DNA of 64,000 nt. Source: Vulcanimicrobiota bacterium. Lineage in GTDB: Bacteria; Vulcanimicrobiota; Vulcanimicrobiia; Vulcanimicrobiales; Vulcanimicrobiaceae. The notes beneath the pieces are model-generated. The model saw nothing but the letters and a program-made list of their open reading frames with translations. It was not told the DNA's origin and did no database searches. Location: contig JAQBPM010000300.1 of assembly GCA_028287525.1 (NCBI GenBank), positions 10,232-74,231 on the forward strand, read 5' to 3'. Positions 27,673 through 36,946 of the stretch are shown here, piece after piece. The stretch's first letter is position 1; each line of letters opens with the position of its first letter. A program made the translations under genes and the position numbers.

Positions 27673-29304
27673 TTACTCGGGGCGCAGCGGGGGGTTGGGA
27701 TCTGTCGAGCCGCGCTCGGCCAGCTTGCGCTTGAGGCGCGCCTGTGCGTCCTCCAGCGAATGGGACTGCAGTCCGACCGGCACGGCGGCCGCTTCGCGCG
27801 ACGCGAAGCCGGTGACGGTACGGCGGCCCGTCGGCGTCGATCGCAACTCCGCGAGCTGCTTGTCGAGCTTGACCTTCTCGTCCGTCGCCGTCTTGATCGC
27901 GGCTTCGAGCGCATCGCGCGCGGTCGTGCGCTCAGCGATCGTCGTGGCGAGCGTCGCGAGCTCGGCCTGCTTCGCCTCGATCTCGGCGTTCGCGGCGGCG
28001 AGGCGCTGCGCGGCTTCGGCGGCCTCGGTGTCGGTCAGCTTCGGCTTCGGCGCGGCGCGATGCTGGATCTCGGCGGCGTGCGGCACGAGGATGCAGGCGT
28101 TTTCGCCCTCGGCGCCCGTGCTGCAGCGCGTCTCTCCGTCCTTGGCGATCGGCGCGCTGAGCTGCTCGCCTTCTTCACCCTGATCGTCGGGATCGAGCAG
28201 GTCCTCGAGCCCCTTCTTCGCAGCGTCGAGGTGCGTTCCGGCCGCGTCGCAGACGCCGTGCGCCTTGGCCTGGCCGATCGCGTAGATGGCGAGATTGATC
28301 GCGTCCATGCAATCGGCGCTCATCGAGTCGTCGCCGTCGCGCTGCGCGATCGGGAACTCGGCCGCATGCTTCGTGCAGAGCAGCGATCCGGCGGCGTTCT
28401 TCTCTTCGCAACCATCCTTGAACGCGCAGGCCGCTTCGCCGGCGACCGGTTCGCGCGGCTCCTCTGCCAGCGCGAGCGTGTACGTCTTGTCGCCGGCGCG
28501 CACAGAGACGCTGCGCAGCTGCTCGTCCAGGATACCGCGCACCGCGGCGTCAGTGATGAAGTCCGACGTGCGCACGCGCAGCGTCACGGTCTCGCCGGTC
28601 GCCTCCGCAGCGACGAGCGACTTCGTGACGAGATCGCGGCGCTGCGCCGGCTCGACGTCCTTCGGGACGGCAGCGGCGAACGAAGCGGCGCGCGTCTTGA
28701 GGTCCTCGGCCGAGCGGCACCACGCGCGCTGGTTCGCGGGGATCCCGACGAGCGAGATCTCCAGCAGGTCGACGCTCGTGACCAGGAAGCTCCAGTCGTC
28801 CGGCTCTTCCGAGGCCCACTCGACCTCGAGGAAGATCAGTCCGACGGACCAGCCATGGCGGATGCCGTCCTGGCACTGCTCCCAGGCCGCCAGCGCGCGC
28901 GGGTTCGTCTCGGTGACGCGGACCTCGATGTCGAGGTCGATGTACTCCTCGCCGTCGTCACCGGTGCGCACGACGAGGGCGGCGTCGACGATCGCACCGA
29001 GGGTGTCCTCGGGGATCTTGTAGCTGTGATTCAGCCAGCTGGTCAGCCCGCTGTCCGGGTCCTTGATCGTGACCGGTAGGCCACGCAGCTTCTCGACCAT
29101 CTGCTGCTGCGCCGAGGGCGCGAAGATGTCGCCGTAGAGGTCCTTGGCGGTCGAAGACGCGGTGCCGCCGATGTACTTGCGCTCGACGCCCGCAGCATCG
29201 GGCTTCGTGTACGCGCGCAGCTTGCCGAGCGAGAACGTTGCGTCGTAGTCGCGCTCGCGCGCCGGTCGGCCGGCGGCCGTGGAAGCGGTCAGGAGAGGGG
29301 GCAT
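27673..29304 (-). CDS. Prohead protease (HK97-type) fused to scaffold
   Basis: IGGTASS…DLYGD, LNHSY, GWSVG, LLEISLVGIPANQRA; C-terminal coiled coil. Confidence 0.9.
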   Translation of the reverse strand: MPPLLTASTAAGRPARERDYDATFSLGKLRAYTKPDAAGVERKYIGGTASSTAKDLYGDIFAPSAQQQMVEKLRGLPVTIKDPDSGLTSWLNHSYKIPEDTLGAIVDAALVVRTGDDGEEYIDLDIEVRVTETNPRALAAWEQCQDGIRHGWSVGLIFLEVEWASEEPDDWSFLVTSVDLLEISLVGIPANQRAWCRSAEDLKTRAASFAAAVPKDVEPAQRRDLVTKSLVAAEATGETVTLRVRTSDFITDAAVRGILDEQLRSVSVRAGDKTYTLALAEEPREPVAGEAACAFKDGCEEKNAAGSLLCTKHAAEFPIAQRDGDDSMSADCMDAINLAIYAIGQAKAHGVCDAAGTHLDAAKKGLEDLLDPDDQGEEGEQLSAPIAKDGETRCSTGAEGENACILVPHAAEIQHRAAPKPKLTDTEAAEAAQRLAAANAEIEAKQAELATLATTIAERTTARDALEAAIKTATDEKVKLDKQLAELRSTPTGRRTVTGFASREAAAVPVGLQSHSLEDAQARLKRKLAERGSTDPNPPLRPE

Positions 29305-29633
29305 CAGCGATCCTCCAAGATGACGGCGGCGTCGCGAGGAATCTCGCTGACGGTGAGCGCGCTCGCCGAGCGGACGCGCATGGTGATGAAGTCGCCGGCG
29401 TTGACGACGAGCTCAACGCTCTCGACGCCCGGGATCGGCTTGCCGTCGAGCAGCAACTCGCACGATCCGGCGAAGCCGTACGCCGCGTGCTGGCCAGCTA
29501 CGAAGTCTCCGCAATCGGTGGCGTTGTCGTACAAGCATCGCGGCTGCGAGAACACGATCTCGAACCGGCCGATCGCAACGCGCGCGCTCTCAGGCGCCAC
29601 GCGGAGCGCTGGCGCGATCTCGACGACCGGCAT
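29304..29633 (-). CDS. Hypothetical protein
   Basis: ORF coupled to the protease start. Confidence 0.5.
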   Translation of the reverse strand: MPVVEIAPALRVAPESARVAIGRFEIVFSQPRCLYDNATDCGDFVAGQHAAYGFAGSCELLLDGKPIPGVESVELVVNAGDFITMRVRSASALTVSEIPRDAAVILEDR

Positions 29634-29671
29634 AGGGGCCTCCAGGGACGCACCGCAGCCGCGGCGCAGAT

Positions 29672-29950
29672 GTGCGGATGACGGCAGCGGAACTGATCGA
29701 GCGACTCAAGCTCGTACCGGCAGACGCGCCGGTGATGATCGAGGACGACGACCACGGTGTGTTGCTCGTAGACGAGGTTCGAATCGGGTCAGCGTTCGGA
29801 GTCCACGGGAGCTTCGGGCCGGGCGCGATTCTGGACGGTACCCCGTTGGAAAGCGGGCACGATCTATATCAGGGGTCGCGTAGAGTCATCGACGTTGACT
29901 TCGATCGACACTGGCCCTACGAGCCACCCAGGGGGCGGCCAGAGTCCTAG
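29672..29950 (+). CDS. Small hypothetical protein, opposite strand within the head module
   Basis: MTAAELIERLKLVPADAPVMI, a common small phage protein start. Confidence 0.55.
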   Translation: MRMTAAELIERLKLVPADAPVMIEDDDHGVLLVDEVRIGSAFGVHGSFGPGAILDGTPLESGHDLYQGSRRVIDVDFDRHWPYEPPRGRPES

Positions 29951-30675
29951 GCCGCCTCACCCAGCGCCGCGTCCCAGCTTTCCTGATCCGCGGTGACCTT
30001 GCACTTGCATTTGTCGCGGCACGGCGTATCGCCGTAGCCGGGCCAAGTCGGCAGATGCTCGTACGGCCCGCCGGCGGCGAGCGACGGGCACGCATCGCAG
30101 TGATCGGCGCCGTCCTCGAGCACCCACGCCATCAGGATGTTGTTCTGCTGCAGCTGCGCGCCGTAGCCGTTCCATCCGGCGCCCCACGGCGGATCCGCGT
30201 AGCGCGTGACCGACGATCGCAGCCCCTCGAGCTTGCGGTCGATGCGCGCGAGCACGCTCTCGACCGTTGATCCTTCCTCAGCCTGCGCGGCGTTCGCTTC
30301 ATCAGCTAGCTCGCCGGCGAGACGATCGGGAACCTCGTCGGCGTACGCGCGAACGTGGCCGACCCAGACGTCGACGACTGGATCCGCGTCGTCGCGATGC
30401 GTGCCGCGGAACGCCTTGCGTCCGAGGTTCACGGCTTTTCGATACGCGTCGAGGTCGACGAGTTCGCCGGCGAGACCGTCGAGCGGCGTCGTGAAGTCGC
30501 CGGCGTTGAAGTCCTTGCGCGCGAGCACGCGGCCGAAGTGATGACGCACCGCCGCAGATCGGAGATCCCACACGGCGTTCAGTCGATCGCGTTCGCTCGC
30601 GTTTAGCGCGTGGAGCTGCTGCTCGAGCTCAGCCTCGGCTGCGGCGTTGGGGCCGGCGCCGCGACGTCGAAAGGG
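29947..30675 (-). CDS. MuF/SPP1 gp7-like head morphogenesis domain, probably expressed as a -1 frameshift extension of the portal
   Basis: WVLE…HCDAC…PGYGDTPCRDKCKC Cys motif; protein-like sequence begins just after CCCTTTC. Confidence 0.7.
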   Translation of the reverse strand, partial: PFRRRGAGPNAAAEAELEQQLHALNASERDRLNAVWDLRSAAVRHHFGRVLARKDFNAGDFTTPLDGLAGELVDLDAYRKAVNLGRKAFRGTHRDDADPVVDVWVGHVRAYADEVPDRLAGELADEANAAQAEEGSTVESVLARIDRKLEGLRSSVTRYADPPWGAGWNGYGAQLQQNNILMAWVLEDGADHCDACPSLAAGGPYEHLPTWPGYGDTPCRDKCKCKVTADQESWDAALGEAA

Positions 30676-32126
30676 ACGGCGCTCTTGGCGACCTCCACGT
30701 CGTGATCCGCGGTCACCCATTCAGCTAGGCGGGTCGGCGTAGGCGATGCCAGATACCGCATCCGCGCCATGTCTTCGCGCATGATCGCCGCATCGACCGC
30801 CTTCTTTCCGGACGAGTCGTCGGCGTTCGAGGGGTCGGCCGGATCCGCGGGATCGGGCGGCGCGCCAGCGGGGCGAATCGGCACGTCGCCGCCTTCGTAC
30901 GGATCCATGCCGAAGCGTATCGCGCGCATCTCGTTCGGTAGGATGACGGCGCTGGTGATGTAGATCTTGTCGATCTGCGCCTGCGCCAACGGATCGATGA
31001 CCGAGAGGTCCGGGAAGACGAGCCCGTGATTCTCGTCGATCTGCCAGACGATCTTCCGGGTGATCTTCTCAGCGACCAGCGTGGCGAGCTCGACGTATCC
31101 TTCGTCGGTGCGCTCGGAGACGACGGTGCTACTGGCCTTGTTGACATCGCTGGTGATGCCGAAGATCGTCGGGTCGAGCGAGAAGACCATGGCGATCTTC
31201 TTGACGAGCCACTCCTTGGTGAACTTGCGCTCGAGCTCGCTCGGCGAGAAGCCGAACTTGCCCGCGACGATCGGCTTGCGGTCTGGAGAGCCGCCGCCGA
31301 AGATCGCCGTGCGCCCGGTGCCCTCGATCTCGGATTCGTAGTACGACCGATTCGCGAGCAGCTGATCGTTCGTCATCCCGCCGAAGTCGATCCAGCCGGG
31401 CGGGATGCCGTGCTTGAGCAGCTCGAAGTCGTACTGCTCGCCGTAGAGCTCGGCCTCGATGATCGCGACGAGCGTCTCGACCGGCGACCAGCCCAGAATG
31501 CGGTGCGTCGTTTCGCCGCCCATCATGTAGACGAGCTGGCTGTCGAGCAGCTCGGCCTCGACGCGGCGCGTTGCGCGATCGACCTGGCGATAACGGATCG
31601 CCTTGGGATCGCAGCCGAGGCCGCCGCGGTTGACCGGCTTTTCCCAGTTGGGATCAATCTCGACGAGCGCACCGTCGACCGCCCAGAGCGCCGCGATCGC
31701 GCAGCCGGTCGCGGGCGCCGGTCCACCGCCGAGCGTCTTCTCGATCTCGATGCAGCCGGCGTCCAGAACGAGGTGATCCTCGACGGTCTTCTCGAGCAAC
31801 GAGCGCATCGAGTCGCCGGCCGGGTTCACGTAGCGCAGTAGTCGAGTCACGGCGTCGACGACGGCCGGGTTCGGCGGTGCCTTCGGATCGTCGAGCCGTA
31901 CGATCTGCCAGCGCGAGCTCGAGATCTGGTGCTTACGCTTGTCGATCGCCGTACGGACGACTTCGTTGTTCGCGAAGTTGCGCAGCATGGTGACGGTGGC
32001 GCGCGAGCGCAGCGTGTTCGAGTTCCAGACGCGCACGCCGCCGGCGGATGCGTAGGGACCGCGCGGTGCCTCTTTGATGGCGTCGGGATTGAAGAATGCG
32101 CGGAGCCGCTCGGCGATCGTCGGCAT
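30603..32126 (-). CDS. Portal protein
   Basis: ATG at 32126 with AAGGAG; VRTAIDKRK, DHLVLDAGCIE, LWAVDG, GWSPVE, PNEMR…GMDPYEGGD. Confidence 0.92.
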   Translation of the reverse strand: MPTIAERLRAFFNPDAIKEAPRGPYASAGGVRVWNSNTLRSRATVTMLRNFANNEVVRTAIDKRKHQISSSRWQIVRLDDPKAPPNPAVVDAVTRLLRYVNPAGDSMRSLLEKTVEDHLVLDAGCIEIEKTLGGGPAPATGCAIAALWAVDGALVEIDPNWEKPVNRGGLGCDPKAIRYRQVDRATRRVEAELLDSQLVYMMGGETTHRILGWSPVETLVAIIEAELYGEQYDFELLKHGIPPGWIDFGGMTNDQLLANRSYYESEIEGTGRTAIFGGGSPDRKPIVAGKFGFSPSELERKFTKEWLVKKIAMVFSLDPTIFGITSDVNKASSTVVSERTDEGYVELATLVAEKITRKIVWQIDENHGLVFPDLSVIDPLAQAQIDKIYITSAVILPNEMRAIRFGMDPYEGGDVPIRPAGAPPDPADPADPSNADDSSGKKAVDAAIMREDMARMRYLASPTPTRLAEWVTADHDVEVAKSAVPFDVAAPAPTPQPRLSSSSSSTR

Positions 32127-32143
32127 CCGCTGCTCCTTCTGCG

Positions 32144-33616
32144 CTACCGGCGCCGCGATGACATTGAGGTGAAAAGTAGTGGCGGGTCCGACTTGTGCCG
32201 CTTCGCATACAGCGTGGCGAGCCCGAGTCCCATCACGCAATCCTTGATGAGATTCTCGTCGTCGCGATCGTAAAAGCTCAGCTCGTCGTTCACCTGACCG
32301 ATGAACGGGCTGCTGATCTCTCGCAAGTTCAGCGCCGACTGCAGCGTCGTGAGCAGATCGTCCTTGGCCGGGTTGGTGAACCAGTAGCCCTCGGCCTTGA
32401 TGTCCTCGAGCTCCTCGACGACCGTATCCCCGACGCCGGTCGAGTCGACCACGGTCGTGCTATGAGCCTCGCCGCCAAACCGGCGATGCCGATCGCGGAT
32501 CCGCGCGTACACGTGCTTCCAGCCTTGCTTGTGGAACCGCTCGTACTCGACGACCGGCATCCTCTTGGGCCTGCCGGCCGCGTCGGTCAGCGACGTCGTG
32601 TCGATCGTGAAGCCCGTCGCCCAGTCCTTGCGGTTCGCGAGATCCCAGCCATGCACGTATCGGTGCGAGGGGTATCGCGTCTCCCAAGACCGGCCCTCGA
32701 GCATCAGCCGGATCCGCGTCGGAATCTCTTCCTCGTCCCTGCTGACGATCTCGATCTGATCGCTCAGCTCGGTGTCCCAGAACTCGGCGATGTCGGCCGC
32801 TTCGAAGAACCCGCCGCCGGCGTCGACGACCTCGCCCAAGATGTTCTGCCGGCGCTTCTGATCCGACATGCGCGCGGCGTTCGCTTCCACGGCGTCGCGC
32901 GGGATGTTCGGGTTCTCGTACGTCGGACCGGTCTGCGCGTACACAGCCGGCAGCTTGCCGGCGAGCGCATCGAGGAAGTACCGGCCGTAGTCATTGCGGC
33001 CGTTGCCGGTCGAGGTATAGTCGAGCGCGCCGCGACGATCGACGAGCCGCATGCGCAGCACGTTGTCGCGGATCGTCTCGAACTTGGGCTCGTACGCCGC
33101 CTCGTCCCAGTTCACGAAGTCGTAGTCGTTGCCCAGGAGATGCACGCCGTCGCGCGCCGTTGACCGAGCTTCGAACGTCGCTCCGTTGACGAACTCGAAC
33201 GTCGGGAACGGTGTCATCCGTGTGTCGCGGATCAGCCAGCCGGCCTTCGGGCCCTGGAGCATCCCGTACGCTTTGCGCCAGACGAGCCCGGCCTGGTCCG
33301 CGGTCAGCGAGACGTTGATCCCGCGATACGGAGCGTGCTTTCGCGCCATCGCGGCTTTGATCTCGGCGTCCCAGCCCAGCCGGTAGACGCACTTCCAGAT
33401 CATCTTCGCCGCGGCGATGTGCGACTTGCCCCAGCGGTTGCCGGTCGTCAGCGCGTTCTCGCCGAGCGTCGACTGCTCGAGCCAGCGCTTCTGGCCGTCG
33501 TGCGGCTCCATGTCGAGCACGTCGCGGCAGAAGCCGATCGGGTCGTGCCGGTACTTCTTCAGCCGCTCGGCGAACGCGGCGCGCTTGGCGGCGTCCGACC
33601 GAACGACGTTCGCCAT
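32144..33616 (-). CDS. Terminase large subunit
   Basis: Walker A TGNRWGKS, Walker B VNWDEAAY, TYENPNI, nuclease GWDLA/VDSTGVG/DCVMGL. Confidence 0.95.
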   Translation of the reverse strand: MANVVRSDAAKRAAFAERLKKYRHDPIGFCRDVLDMEPHDGQKRWLEQSTLGENALTTGNRWGKSHIAAAKMIWKCVYRLGWDAEIKAAMARKHAPYRGINVSLTADQAGLVWRKAYGMLQGPKAGWLIRDTRMTPFPTFEFVNGATFEARSTARDGVHLLGNDYDFVNWDEAAYEPKFETIRDNVLRMRLVDRRGALDYTSTGNGRNDYGRYFLDALAGKLPAVYAQTGPTYENPNIPRDAVEANAARMSDQKRRQNILGEVVDAGGGFFEAADIAEFWDTELSDQIEIVSRDEEEIPTRIRLMLEGRSWETRYPSHRYVHGWDLANRKDWATGFTIDTTSLTDAAGRPKRMPVVEYERFHKQGWKHVYARIRDRHRRFGGEAHSTTVVDSTGVGDTVVEELEDIKAEGYWFTNPAKDDLLTTLQSALNLREISSPFIGQVNDELSFYDRDDENLIKDCVMGLGLATLYAKRHKSDPPLLFTSMSSRRR

Positions 33617-33619
33617 GCT

Positions 33620-34117
33620 CTACTCCAGCGCGTCGATGAGCTGCTGCAGTCCGAGGTCGACCCGCGTTGGCGCGTCCACGCCGAGCAGCTTGTCGATGCG
33701 CGTCTGCGCCGCAACGATGTCGCCCAGCGTGCGATCCGTGACGCTGGCCTTACCGCCGCCGGTGCCCTTCTTCTGGCGCTCTTCCTCGGTCTCGGGATCG
33801 ATCTCGATCTCGCCGGTGATGAGCTTGACGACCTGATCGTACCGGGCGCCCTTCGCAAGCGCGAGCTTGATGACGTGCCGGTAGACGGCGATCGAGCGGG
33901 CCTTCTCGACTTCGCGCTGATCGGCGAGCTCGGCGGACCGGCGCTCGCTCTCGTGGCGGATGTCCTTGACGATCGTGTCCTTGTCGACGTGGAGTTCGGC
34001 GGCGATCTCGCGGACCGACTTCCCCTCGACGACGCTCAGGATGAACGATTGCTCCTGCCGGGCGATCTGCTTGGGCGTACGTGCGCGAGGCGTCCGGTTT
34101 TGTCCCTTGGTCGCCAT
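33620..34117 (-). CDS. Terminase small subunit
   Basis: N-terminal HTH (GKSVREIAAELHVDKDTIVKDI), KLLGVDAP; upstream of TerL. Confidence 0.8.
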   Translation of the reverse strand: MATKGQNRTPRARTPKQIARQEQSFILSVVEGKSVREIAAELHVDKDTIVKDIRHESERRSAELADQREVEKARSIAVYRHVIKLALAKGARYDQVVKLITGEIEIDPETEEERQKKGTGGGKASVTDRTLGDIVAAQTRIDKLLGVDAPTRVDLGLQQLIDALE

Positions 34118-34335
34118 CGTCTACCTCGCGTTCGGCGCCCCGGTTTCTCGATAAGGAATAGTCCCCCACTTGGCGGCGATGGCGTTCCGGTACGCTCGGA
34201 ATCACAAACGCAGAGGTCCTCTGGCTGATCCGGCCAGCGTGGCCGCTACCTTACCCAACGACGGACATCGATTCGAGCGCACTCGCTCGACGCGCTGAAC
34301 CGCTGCGTAACCCTGTCCCGCCTTGGAGGCAACCG

Positions 34336-34428
34336 ATGGACGACCAAATCTGGTCCGCCCTTATTCTCGCGCTGTCGAAAATCGCGATCGCCGCGATCAA
34401 CGTGTCGTGTCGCCGGCGAAAGCGCTAG
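34336..34428 (+). CDS. 30-aa hydrophobic peptide, type I toxin-like (below the ORF-track cutoff)
   Basis: GGAGG then 6 nt then ATG; MDDQIWSALILALSKIAIAAINVSCRRRKR. Confidence 0.5.
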   Translation: MDDQIWSALILALSKIAIAAINVSCRRRKR

Positions 34429-35006
34429 TCGCGGGGTGCCGGCACCCCGCTATTTGATCGCGCCCCGCCCTGGACGAACGCGAACGGCGGACTTACCCCG
34501 CCGGAGTACTTCGCGGCCACCTCGAGCGCCCGGCGCAGCTTCGCTTCGACATCGACGGACGGCCCCGCGCGGAGAATCGCCATCGCGCCGCGGGCGAACT
34601 CATCGCCGCAGCCGACCGCATCGAATCCGTCGGTCGACTCGCCGACCTGGTAGTCGCTGTCGATGTAAAACAGCCGGCCCTCGTAGCCGACCAAGAACGT
34701 CCCGCCGCGCTCGACCTCGTTCTCCTTGCGCGCGAAGCCGCCGGTCTTCAGGCAGCTGCGCACTGCGTCGATGAACGTCGTGCGCATGTACTTGTCGACC
34801 GACTCGCTCCCGCGCTGCTCCGGTACGGTGAACGCGTGCTGCAGCAGGTCGCCCATTCGGAACGAACTGGTGAAGCCGAAAACCATCGGGCCGTTGATGA
34901 ACACCTTGGGCGCGACGCGCTGCGTGACGCGCAGTCCGGAGACCGCGGCCGCGTCGCCGCCGATCGTCACGACGCCGTTCTCGATCCAGCCGACGATGCA
35001 GGTCAT
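34425..35006 (-). CDS. HslV/proteasome-like Ntn-hydrolase
   Basis: MTCIVG (Thr1 nucleophile), GGD, PKVF, AVGCG…ARGAM. Confidence 0.8.
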   Translation of the reverse strand: MTCIVGWIENGVVTIGGDAAAVSGLRVTQRVAPKVFINGPMVFGFTSSFRMGDLLQHAFTVPEQRGSESVDKYMRTTFIDAVRSCLKTGGFARKENEVERGGTFLVGYEGRLFYIDSDYQVGESTDGFDAVGCGDEFARGAMAILRAGPSVDVEAKLRRALEVAAKYSGGVSPPFAFVQGGARSNSGVPAPRD

Positions 35007-35630
35007 GCGTGCGGCGCCCCGTCGTCATCCATCCGCGCGCGGTGCAGCTCCTCGAGCTCGGCATCGAGCGCCGGGCAGTCGCCGTCCGGATCGACCCACG
35101 TCTTCCCGCACGAGCATCGGCAGATGCCGCCATGGCCGCCGACAACGCCGTCCTGCGTCGCGTGGTGCCGCTTGCGGATCGTTGCCTCGGCCTCAGTCGC
35201 CATCGTGGAGCAGCCCCTCGTCCTCGTCGTTGCCGTTCAGGTCGGCCTCTTGCTGGCCGTAGTCGTCGCTGCAGCCGTCCGGATACGTCGTCGGATCCAG
35301 CGGCTCGTCGTCGTGGAACACGCTCATCCCATCTCACCCGTAGCGTAGGCGACGATCGTCGTGGCAACGCCGGCGACGACGAGGATCGCGACGTAGACCG
35401 CGGTGCCGATCACGAGCGCCCGCATCATCGCCGCACGCACACTTCGCACGGGCCGCCGCAGTCCGGGCACCGCCGGCTGCCGCTGCAGACCTTGCACACG
35501 TCGAGGCCGAGGATGACGCGCGCCTGGGTGCCGGGCGTGATGTCCAAAGTTGCGAAGTTGCGCAATTTCGCAACCGCGGCCGCGACCGGCGCATGATCAA
35601 GCCGCAGCACGTGCGCGGCGACGGGCGGCA

Positions 35631-35975
35631 TCACGATGGGGACCTCCAGGGCCAGCGACGGGGAACGAGGAGAAACCGCATGCCGTCGCGCTCCCGGTAC
35701 GCCTCGGCGATCTTGCGGCCGCACGAAACGCAGCAGCGAACGTTGACGTCGTGGCCGAACGGTCGCTCGGCGTGCAGCGCGCAGAGGTACTTGCGGCACC
35801 AGAAGCACCGCGTCGACGCCGGGTGCTCGGACTTCACGGGCGCATCGTAGGTCACGCGCGTCGTCGGGCACTCGGCGCAGTTGGCGCCGTGCGGGACGTC
35901 TTCGGTCACGGCAGCCTCCCGGAGTGAAGCCGCCAGCGGCCTCGCAGCCTCGCGGACGACGCGCATATAGCGCAT
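35631..35975 (-). CDS. Cys/His-rich zinc-finger protein
   Basis: CAEC…CFWCRKYLCALH…CVSC; flanked by other short Cys-rich ORFs (35003-35203, ~35425-35640). Confidence 0.55.
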   Translation of the reverse strand: MRYMRVVREAARPLAASLREAAVTEDVPHGANCAECPTTRVTYDAPVKSEHPASTRCFWCRKYLCALHAERPFGHDVNVRCCVSCGRKIAEAYRERDGMRFLLVPRRWPWRSPS

Positions 35976-36002
35976 CAGGCGCGGGCCGCCGGCGGACAGG
36001 TG

Positions 36003-36902
36003 TCAGAGTCGCAAGTACTTTCCCGAGCTGTCCTTCGGCTTCGAGTGCAGGTACAGCGACGTCGTGGCGATCGACGCGTGTCCGAGCGTGTCGCGGACCA
36101 GCGCGATCGAGGCGCCGGCGTCGAGCGCGTGCGAGGCGTGCGCGTGACGCAGCCAGTGCGGGCTGACCGGTTTGCCGATCTTCGCCCGGCGCGTGGCGGC
36201 GTCGACGACGTCTCGAAGCGCCGAGAACGAAAGCGGCCGGCCGTTGCGCTCGCGGAAGATCGGCGCATCGTCCAGGTCCTCGGGGCGCCGGAGCGCCGCG
36301 GCGAGAGCCCAGACCGACGCGGGGATCCGCACGGTGCGAAGCTTCTGACCCTTGCCGACGACCGTCACGAAGGCGTCGCCGGTCTCGTCATCCGTCGTCG
36401 CCGATCGCCAGCGCAGCGAGCAGAGCTCGGCGCGCCGGAAGCCGGCAGCGTACAGCAGGTGCAAGATCGCGACGTCGCGCGGCGACCGCGGCGCGCGGAT
36501 CAGCCGGCGCACCTCGGCGCGGGTCAGTGCGCGTTCGCTCGGATCGTTGACGACCTTCGGGACGCGCAGCGCGACGCCGACGTCGACGGTGATCAGGCCG
36601 GCCCGGGCCAGGAAGTGCAGTAGTGACTTCGCAGCCGAGAGCATCCGCGCTCGAGTTCGGACTGCGAGATCTTCCTCGAGCTCGTCGGCGAAGTCTTGGA
36701 GGTCGGCCAGCGTGATCGCGGCGATCGGCTTGGCGACCGAGGCGCGGAGGCGGGCGACGTCGCGGCGGTAGGTCGCGATCGTCGACGCGGGCCGGCCGTG
36801 CAGCCAGAGCGCGACGAGGCGATCGTCGGTTTCTACGTTTGTCCCCGATTGTAGAAAATTGGGGACGTTGGTCGCCGTACGGAGCGCGATCGCGTCGGAC
36901 AT
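36003..36902 (-). CDS. Tyrosine recombinase (XerC/D-like)
   Basis: SAM-like N-domain, LYAAGFRRAEL (R), GKGQK (K), HWLRH, LGHASIATTSLY; catalytic residues all present. Confidence 0.95.
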   Translation of the reverse strand: MSDAIALRTATNVPNFLQSGTNVETDDRLVALWLHGRPASTIATYRRDVARLRASVAKPIAAITLADLQDFADELEEDLAVRTRARMLSAAKSLLHFLARAGLITVDVGVALRVPKVVNDPSERALTRAEVRRLIRAPRSPRDVAILHLLYAAGFRRAELCSLRWRSATTDDETGDAFVTVVGKGQKLRTVRIPASVWALAAALRRPEDLDDAPIFRERNGRPLSFSALRDVVDAATRRAKIGKPVSPHWLRHAHASHALDAGASIALVRDTLGHASIATTSLYLHSKPKDSSGKYLRL

Positions 36903-36914
36903 CGCGCCTCCCGA

Positions 36915-36946
36915 ACTCCGAGATTGTTACGTAACTACCCCGGAGT
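36915..36946. promoter_or_regulatory. Interrupted 32-bp palindrome upstream of the tyrosine recombinase
   Basis: ACTCCG-agatt-GTTACGTAAC-taccc-CGGAGT. Confidence 0.5.

Noticed and set aside
29770-29800. GGTTCGAATC resembling a tRNA T-loop
   Set aside because: No cloverleaf or acceptor stem; lies inside an ORF.
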